Positions 56,060-64,000 of a DNA stretch of 64,000 nt are shown here, in pieces. Below the pieces are notes generated by a model. The model made no database searches. It was not told the origin of the DNA and saw only the letters and a list, made by a program, of their open reading frames with translations. Position 1 is the stretch's first letter. Each line of letters starts with the position of its first letter. The stretch comes from Octopus sinensis (taxonomy: Eukaryota). The stretch is from NCBI RefSeq assembly GCF_006345805.1, contig NC_043003.1:92132001-92196000 (forward strand). The letters are read 5' to 3'. The position numbers and the translations under genes were made by a program.

Positions 56060-56420
56060 TAGTGTTCCTTTCGTAAACCAATTCTACCTATTTTTTATAG
56101 CAACTTCTGTTGTGGCTTCATGGAATTGATTGTGTAGTCTCTTGTTTTGTAATTCTTCTTCATGTCCTTTTTGCACTTCCTCCTTTGATTTCCCTTTTTT
56201 TTCTCTGCTTTCAATACTCCCTCGTTCCTAACTGACACTAGCAAAGTTTCCTTACTTTGGGCTAATTATCTCATTAAGCTCTCGAGTTCGATACGCACGT
56301 AGTCTTCCACACTTATCAGTTCCCTTCCTCCATTTGCTCTCTTCATGTATACGCGATCAGTTTCTGCACATGGATGATTGGCTCCATGCATCGTTAGGAG
56401 CTTTCTTGATTTTCCCTCCA
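56060..56420 (-). mobile_element. R4/Dong-like post-RT fragment, same family as 62591-64000
   Basis: Reverse complement aligns with 63800-64000 (KRANGG.GLISVEDYVRIELESL). Confidence 0.75.
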
Positions 56421-56429
56421 ACTCTTCTT

Positions 56430-56460
<31 letters not shown>

Positions 56461-56509
56461 ACAATAACGACGACAACAACAACAATAATAACAAAATTGT
56501 GATACAGAG

Positions 56510-56558
<49 letters not shown>

Positions 56559-56561
<3 letters not shown>

Positions 56562-57012
56562 AGCAAATATTCTGCTCAATACCACAGATTTGCTTGTCAG
56601 TTGTTTGACCTTAACCAGTTGAGCATGTCCCTTAGTGGCTGACGATATGAGCATCTCTGATCACGAGCAGAAGTAGTGGGGGAGCATCATAGCCATGTGT
56701 TCAGAGGGATTCTTTGGGGTTTGAATAATTCACCTCTGGAAACATGGGTGGTTCTTTCAACATCCTTAAACAACCCCTATTCAGGGACCTTTTGAGCGGG
56801 ATGGGCTACTCAACCTGAAGAAAATTCTAACTGGGCCCCACCTGCAAGGTCATGTGCTGTTTATCTTGATATGAGATCACCATGTCGCGCACATATGGTT
56901 GTGATGCATGTGCCTGGTGTACCCTTATCAGACGGGTAGTCATGATGGGTATATTGGGCTTCGTATATTTTACCCCAGTGTCACTTTGATGGCATGAACT
57001 GCTCTCTCACTC
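56559..57012 (+). mobile_element. 550-bp TAA-associated element, copy 3 (5'-truncated by ~105 bp)
   Basis: Alignment to copy 4; TAA arrays on both sides. Confidence 0.85.
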
Positions 57013-57019
57013 AATAATG

Positions 57020-57082
<63 letters not shown>

Positions 57083-57199
57083 GTAATAATAATATCGTGA
57101 AATAATTGTGATAAAGAGATAAAAATGATAATATCTTGAAATAAATGGCGTAGTGTCAACAGTGCAGATATCCAGTAGGATATAGGAGTGGAATTTGGG

Positions 57200-57780
57200 A
57201 CTAAAACGTGTGGTCTGCTTATAATACAAAGAAGTAAAGTAGTGTAGTCTGATGGTGTAGAGCACCCGGCGAGAAAATCAAGGATGTTGAGACCAATAGA
57301 TATAAATATTTGGCAATTTTAGAATACGACAAAATCAAGGTTGCACGATAACGAGGCTATGTGAAAAGTATGATCTGAACAGAGCACGGAAATGGTAAGA
57401 ACATGAATCAGGAGTCATTGAGAACAAGGAATATAAGATACTATGGGATTTTACAATCCAGTGTGACTCCCTAATCGAGGCTCTGAGACGAAATATTAAT
57501 GTGGTGGATAAAGGAAAAAAAGAAATCAAGATGATAGATAATGCAATACCTGGGGATTCACGCATAACTGACAAAGAACTAGAAAAAGTTGAAATGTACA
57601 GACTACTAAAAGATGAAATTGCAAGAACTTGGACGGACTATGAGGAGAGTGTCTGTCGTTCTAGTATTTGTAGGGGCACTAACAACCAAGTCCGAGAAAT
57701 ATGTCAGAGAAATCGGAATTGTCCGCTTTCACAGAATCTACTAGAACAAACGAGACCGAATGTTCTGATAAGTAAAACAA
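57200..57780 (+). mobile_element. Internally deleted R4/Dong-like LINE 3' part
   Basis: YKYL.ILE; ENKEYKILWDFTIQCD..VVDK..IDNAIPGDSRITDKELEK. Confidence 0.75.
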
Positions 57781-57811
57781 TATTATTATTATAATAATAA
57801 TTATTATTATT

Positions 57812-58365
57812 GAGTGAGAGAGCAGTTCATGCCATCAAAGTGACACTGGGATAAAATATACGAAGCCCAATATACCCATCATGACTACCCGTCTGATAAG
57901 GGTACACCAGGCACATGCATCACCACCATATGTGCGCGACATGGTGATCTCATATCAAGATAAACAGCACATAACCTTGCAGGTGGGGCCCTGTTAGAAT
58001 TTTCTTCAGGTTGAGTAGCCCATCCCGCTCAAAAGGTCCCTGAAAAAGGGTTGTTTAAGGATGTTGAACGAAACACCCATGTTTCCAAAGGTGAATTATT
58101 CAAACCCCAAAGAATCCCTCTGAACACATGGCTATGATGCTCCCCCACTACATCTGCTCGTGATCAGAGATGCACATATCGTCAGCCACTAAGGGACATG
58201 CTCAACTGGTTAAGGTCAAACAACTGACAAGCAAATCTGTGGTATTGAGCAGAATATTTGCTGTAGCCCATCTTTTATACCAAGACAAAACAATGTACAT
58301 GATAACACTTCCAATCAGTTAAGATCAGAAGCCATGAGAGCCACTGCCTGGTACTGCATCAGGGC

Positions 58366-58369
<4 letters not shown>
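57812..58369 (-). mobile_element. 550-bp TAA-associated element, copy 4 (full length)
   Basis: Alignment to the other copies; TTA arrays on both sides. Confidence 0.85.
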
Positions 58370-58447
<78 letters not shown>

Positions 58448-58741
58448 ATTATTTATATTGTTACTACCTCAGAAAAATATAGTATTTTAGCATAATTTGC
58501 ATTGAAAGTTTAATTGAACATCAAACTGACTTCTCAGCAGACGAACGTATTGATAATACAAAACAGAGACAAAAGATGGCGAAAAAAAAAAAACGTTTTG
58601 GAAACTATGTCAAAACGTGCATGCGATAGAGATGGCTCTGGATTCGTGTAAACGCAAATATTAATTAGGAAAATTAATTACGATCATTATTGAGATACAG
58701 ATCAGATAATTATGAGAAAACATATCGACACTAGAGAAATG

Positions 58742-58807
<66 letters not shown>

Positions 58808-58917
58808 TAAAGAAAGAGTGGGTAGGGAGAGAAAATGCTGTACCAACATAGTAGGGAGGAAATAAAATTAGAATATGTGTATGTGAGAATGCATGTAATG
58901 TATACACATGTACACAT

Positions 58918-59320
58918 AGGCACAGGAGTGGCTGTGTGGTAAGTAGCTTGATTACCAACCACATGGTCTCGGGTTCAGTCTGACTGCGTGACACCTTGGG
59001 CAAGTGTCTTCTACTATAGCTTCGGGCCGACCAAAATCTTGTGAGTGGATCTGGTAGACGGAAACTGGAAGAAGCCCGTCGTACATGTATATATATACGT
59101 ATATGTATGTATGTGTATATGTTTGTATATCTGTTTGTCCCCCAACATCGCTTAACAACCTATGCTGGTGTGTTTACGTCCTCGTAACTTAGCGGTTCGA
59201 CAAAAGAGACCGACAGAATAAGTACTAGGCTTACAAAGAATAAGATTTGGGGTCGATTTGCTCGACTAAAGGCGGTGTCCCTGCATGGCCGTAGTCAAGT
59301 GGCTGAAACAAATAAAAGAG
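58918..59320 (+). mobile_element. SINE family A, full length
   Basis: Matches 39057-39480. Confidence 0.85.
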
Positions 59321-59357
59321 TATGTCGGATATATATTTATATAGGTATTATATATAT

Positions 59358-59413
<56 letters not shown>

Positions 59414-59602
59414 TACGTATATTCTTTTATTCTTTTATTCTTTTACTTGTTTCAGCCATTTGACTGCGGCCAAGCTGAAGCACCGCCTTGAAGGATTTAA
59501 TCGAACAAATCGACCACAGAACTTATTTTCTTTAAGCTATCGGTCCCTTTTGCCGAACCGCTAGGTTACGGGGACGTCAACATACCAATACCGGTTGTCA
59601 AA

Positions 59603-59833
59603 TGGCGGCGAGCTGGCAGAAACGTTAGCACGCCGGGCGAAATGCTTAGCGGTATTTCGTCTGCGTTACGTTGTGAGTTCAAATTCCGCCGAGGTCGACT
59701 TTGCCTTTCATCCTTTCGGGGTCGATAAATTAAGTACCAGTTACGCACTGGGGTCGATGTAATCGACTTAATACCTATGTCTGTCCTTGTTTGTCCCCTC
59801 TGTGTTTAGCCCCTTGTGGGTAATAAAGAAATA
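59603..59833 (+). mobile_element. SINE family B monomer nested in an antisense SINE A (59430-59945), 10-bp TSD
   Basis: GGTTGTCAAA at 59593-59602 and 59834-59843. Confidence 0.92.
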
Positions 59834-60284
59834 GGTTGTCAAACGGTGAAGGGGGTACAAACACAAACACAAAGAACATGCATATAGACATACACACATA
59901 TATACGACGGGCGTCTACCAAATCCATTCACAAGGCTTTGGACGCGCGGGCTTTCGACTCCTTTCTGCTATATTATTCTTCACCAGCTGCGTTAAGTATG
60001 GCTTATACAGTTAAAGTGGATGAATATCTTGGTTTTCTTTTCTTTTCGTTTTTCTTCTACTTTTTGCATCAACTGCATTTGCGTTTTTCTTCTCTTTTTC
60101 TTTTTTTTTTTCACACTTTCTCACAGTCGAGCATCTTACCTTGTAAATACATCTAACGAATGTACAGTGCCTAAAATATTGCTTGAAGATACATGGCATG
60201 GTTTATACATCTATCAATTTAAAGTATTATAAAGCGGAAGACTATTAGTAGCTCCTTTATAACAGTGTATCAAATATATATATA

Positions 60285-60336
<52 letters not shown>

Positions 60337-61423
60337 CGTGTGTGTAACAGAATTCTTTCAGTTTCCGTCTACTAAATCAACTCGCAAGACTTTGACCGGC
60401 CCTGGCTAGAGTAGATGTTTGACCAAGGTGTCACGCAGTGGCCCTGAATCCGAAACCATGCTGGAAAGCGATTTCCTCTCACAGAACCCTACCTGTGCCT
60501 ATCTATGCATGTATAAAAAGGCAGTTGACAATAGACAAGAAAAAGGTTACTCTTATTCATATGTGACAGGATGGTTGCAAGTAGCCTAGCTGCATACAGC
60601 TTATGTTATTTCGTATTAGCTCCTTCGTGTCTCAGTACTCAGAGCATTATCTTTGATGAAACCACGCAAGAAAGAGTGCAACATCTACGTTGCAATGACT
60701 GTCACTATTCAGAAACTTTCGGGCACTCAGAAACTCTCTTACAAACAAAATTGTGGAACTTCGCCATTTAATTACTCATGGGTATTTACGCATGTCTAGG
60801 TCCAGGTCGCAGTTAAAAACAAAATAACAAAACACTTGTCATCTTTTGTGAATAGATCATGTTTACTAGCATACTTCTCTAATTTGGACCGAAAATCGAA
60901 TGAACATGAAATGACTCATCCGGTATTCCTAAGTGTTCTCATCCAAATTTGAATATAATCTTTCTTCTGACTTGACGATTTGAAGTGGCATACATTCCTC
61001 ACGAGCTATTAAGAGCTTTTCAGCCAAGTTTTATAGTAGCCACTCTGTGGATCTACTCAGTTTTAACTTAAATACTTGGTTACTATATTTTTCTTGTGTA
61101 AAACCCTTTGACGTGTCAGTTTGTGACAAGGCTCCAACCAGATTAGAGCCAGTTACTCTCATTTCAAGTTTAAAACCACGGCCTTATTATATTTCCAAAT
61201 ATGGTATGACCAGCTCTTTGAACTTAATCATATCATTATTAAAACACGAACGCCTATATAAATGTTTTTCGATCAATCAGAATAGCCAAGCATATGAATA
61301 GACTTTAAAGAAAACTTGTGCAAATACCCGCCAGATTGCATTTCTTAAGGTCCAAGAAGCTTGGTTCCAGACCGACCAATGGCATGTGAGTAAACTTGGT
61401 CGATAGAAACTATAGAAGTCCGA

Positions 61424-61522
<99 letters not shown>

Positions 61523-61776
61523 GCATCTTTATCTTTTAATTGTCTCTGTCATTGGACTGTGGCCACGTTGGAGCATCGCCTTGAAAGGTTTTAGTCGAAC
61601 AAATGGTCCCATGTATTTATTTTTTTCGTTTTTGGATTCGGTTTGCAAGATTCTTTATGTGAATTCGTGTGTTGGGGCATATTTTGTTGTGTCTGGGGAG
61701 AGTCATTCTCTTTTAGTGGCTTATTATTTAACACACTCACCGGTAAAGTTTGCACTCATTTACTTATTTATTTTTC

Positions 61777-61813
61777 CTAAAATTTTCGTTGCGTCTTGCA
61801 ACCTTTTCAATAG
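61777..61813 (-). ncRNA. Ultra-minimal hammerhead-like fold, U3:A8 core
   Basis: cta TTGAAAA G GTTGC aagac GCAAC GAAA at TT tag; neighbouring 61642-61690 resembles 8553-8602. Confidence 0.55.
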
Positions 61814-62590
61814 TCGTTGGCTCTCTCCGGCGAAAAAGCTAGTATAAAGACTAGGATAAAAAAATCCTTGTTTACCAGGATATTATTTTCACTCGACCGC
61901 ATTCTTTTTTTTTTTGATGTTTTCTACAACAGAATATTACCAAAAGTAGACCAAATCTTATTTTCTTCGATAATTGCTGACAAACTTCGCCCGAATATTT
62001 CTTCCAAAACTAAGGCCCACTCACTCGCGATAAAAAAGAAAGAAAAAAGAAAACTAAAACAAATTAATGTAAAAGGAACAGTAATCCTAACAATCAACAA
62101 ACGTTCATTACGTAGACTTTTATAGCTATATGACATTTTTGTTTCAAAGAGAAAGAAATGAAATGCCATGTCCACGCTGTTATAAAGGACATCGTTGACG
62201 TAAGGAAAGAGAAAGCGAAGAGGAGGGTTTTAAGCAATCGTTTTACTTTTGAATGGCGACTGAAACCGACTTCGGACTTAGTTTGTCCCACATCGATGTC
62301 TATCAATAGTTACAGCAATATGATTCTTTCTACTGTAGGCAGAAGGCCTGAAATTTAGGGAGAGGGGGGTAGTTAATTACTTCGATTCCAGTACTTGACT
62401 GGTACTTTACTTTATCGATCACGAAATGATCTAAGGCAAAGTGGGTCTCTATAGAATTTGATCTTAGAACTTAAGGAATCGGAAGAAATGCCGTCAAAAA
62501 TTTTGTCCGGGAAACTGCCTTAATAATAATAATAATAATAATAATATAATAATAATAATAATAATAATAATGATGATGATGATAATAATA

Positions 62591-64000
62591 CCAGATGCAG
62601 AGGAAAGCAAGGTATTCTGGAGAAGGATCTGGAACCAACCTGGAGAGCATAATGATGAAGCGGAATGGCTGCATGAGATCCAAGATAGGTTAAGAAATAC
62701 AGAAGTCCATGAAAATATAAAGATAACTACAGAAATGATAGAAAAGCAGTTAAGAAAATTGTCAAATTGGAAGAGCCCAGGACTAGATGGGGTCCAAGGG
62801 TATTGGCTAAAGAAGCTGAGAGGGTTCCATGAAAGGCTAGCACAACAGCTAGATGACGGCTTGTAGGATGACAAAGGGAAAGACTTTGTTATATGCCAAG
62901 GATCCTGAAAAGGGAAATGCTGCATCTAACTTTCGACCAATTACATGCCTTCCGCTAATGTGGAAACTAATGTCAGGTGCTTTGGCCGGTGAACTGTACA
63001 AATACTTGGAAAAAAGTGGGCTGCTACCCATTGAATAGAAAGGATGCCGAAAAAGGACCCGGGGATCGGAGGATCAGCTCTTAATTGATAATATAATTAT
63101 CAGGAACTGCAAGAGAAAACATATAAACATGAGCATGGCATGGGTTGACTATCGAAAATCATACGATATGATACCGGACTCCTAGATAATAAGAACAATA
63201 GAAATGTATGGAGTAGCAGAAAATATGAGAAGTCGTACATGGAATAACATGAAATACTGAACGGAATTGACAGCAGGGAAGCAAGTACTAGGAGAGGTGA
63301 AATAGTACAGAAAACAAAGTTGGGTCATGATCTGGAAAGAGGTAAGGGAAAACTAAACCACCTGCTATTCAAGGACGACCTGAAGCTTATTCCCAAAAAT
63401 TGAAGCAGAACTGGATAGCCTAGTCCAGTCTGTGCGGATTTTCTCCAATTGTATCAAGATGGAGTTTGGACTCTCAAAATGTGCTGCGATCGTGATGAGA
63501 CGAAGAAAGCTTGCCAGGACAGAAGGCATATGGTTGTCAAGTGGTGAAATGATGAAGGCAATCCAACCTCAATCCAGCTATAGATATCTGGGAATACTTG
63601 AGACTGAAGGAATCAAACATCACGACATGAAGGAGAAACGACAAAAATAGAATACCTGCGGAGAGTGAGAAAAATATTGGCTTCAAAGCTGAATGTCAGA
63701 AATATAATTTCGGCAATAAACTCGCGCGCATTTGTAGTAGTTCGGTGTGGTGTTGAAATCCTGAGGTAGACGGAAAAGGAGCTAAAGGAGATGGCCAGTC
63801 AAGAAAGCTCCTAACGATGCACAGAGCCCATCATCCTGGTGCAGACACTTATCGCCTATACATGAAGAGAGCAAATGGAGGAAGGGGACTGATAAGTGTG
63901 CAAGACTAGGTGCGTATCGAACTCGAGAGCTTAATGAGATACATAGCCCAAAGTAAAGAAACCTTGCTAGTGACAATTAGGAACGAGGGAGTATTGAGAG
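62591..64000 (+). mobile_element. 5'-truncated decayed R4/Dong-like LINE RT region starting at a (TAA)n array
   Basis: [72 protein letters not shown]. Confidence 0.92.

Overview
AT-rich, microsatellite-dense eukaryotic DNA made almost entirely of transposable-element remnants. I could not support any intact host gene. The tRNA-derived SINEs and repeat landscape look like an octopus/cephalopod genome (inference). Contents: decayed Penelope-like elements (PLEs; RT plus GIY-YIG, two sub-types); many R4/Dong-like restriction-like-endonuclease LINE fragments, mostly abutting (TAA)n arrays; four copies of a ~550-bp non-coding element found only in (TAA)n; three SINE families, including head-less tandem multimers; and mariner, Tc1/mariner, hAT and Chapaev3-like DNA transposon fossils. 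The main unexpected signal is more than a dozen minimal type I hammerhead-ribozyme folds. Their core positions 3 and 8 show all four Watson-Crick combinations (C3:G8, G3:C8, U3:A8, A3:U8). They sit in PLE 3' ends, in fold-back palindromes, and in small terminally redundant 290-360 bp non-coding units resembling retrozymes. Most long ORFs in the track are microsatellite artefacts. All folds and alignments were read by eye and are untested.
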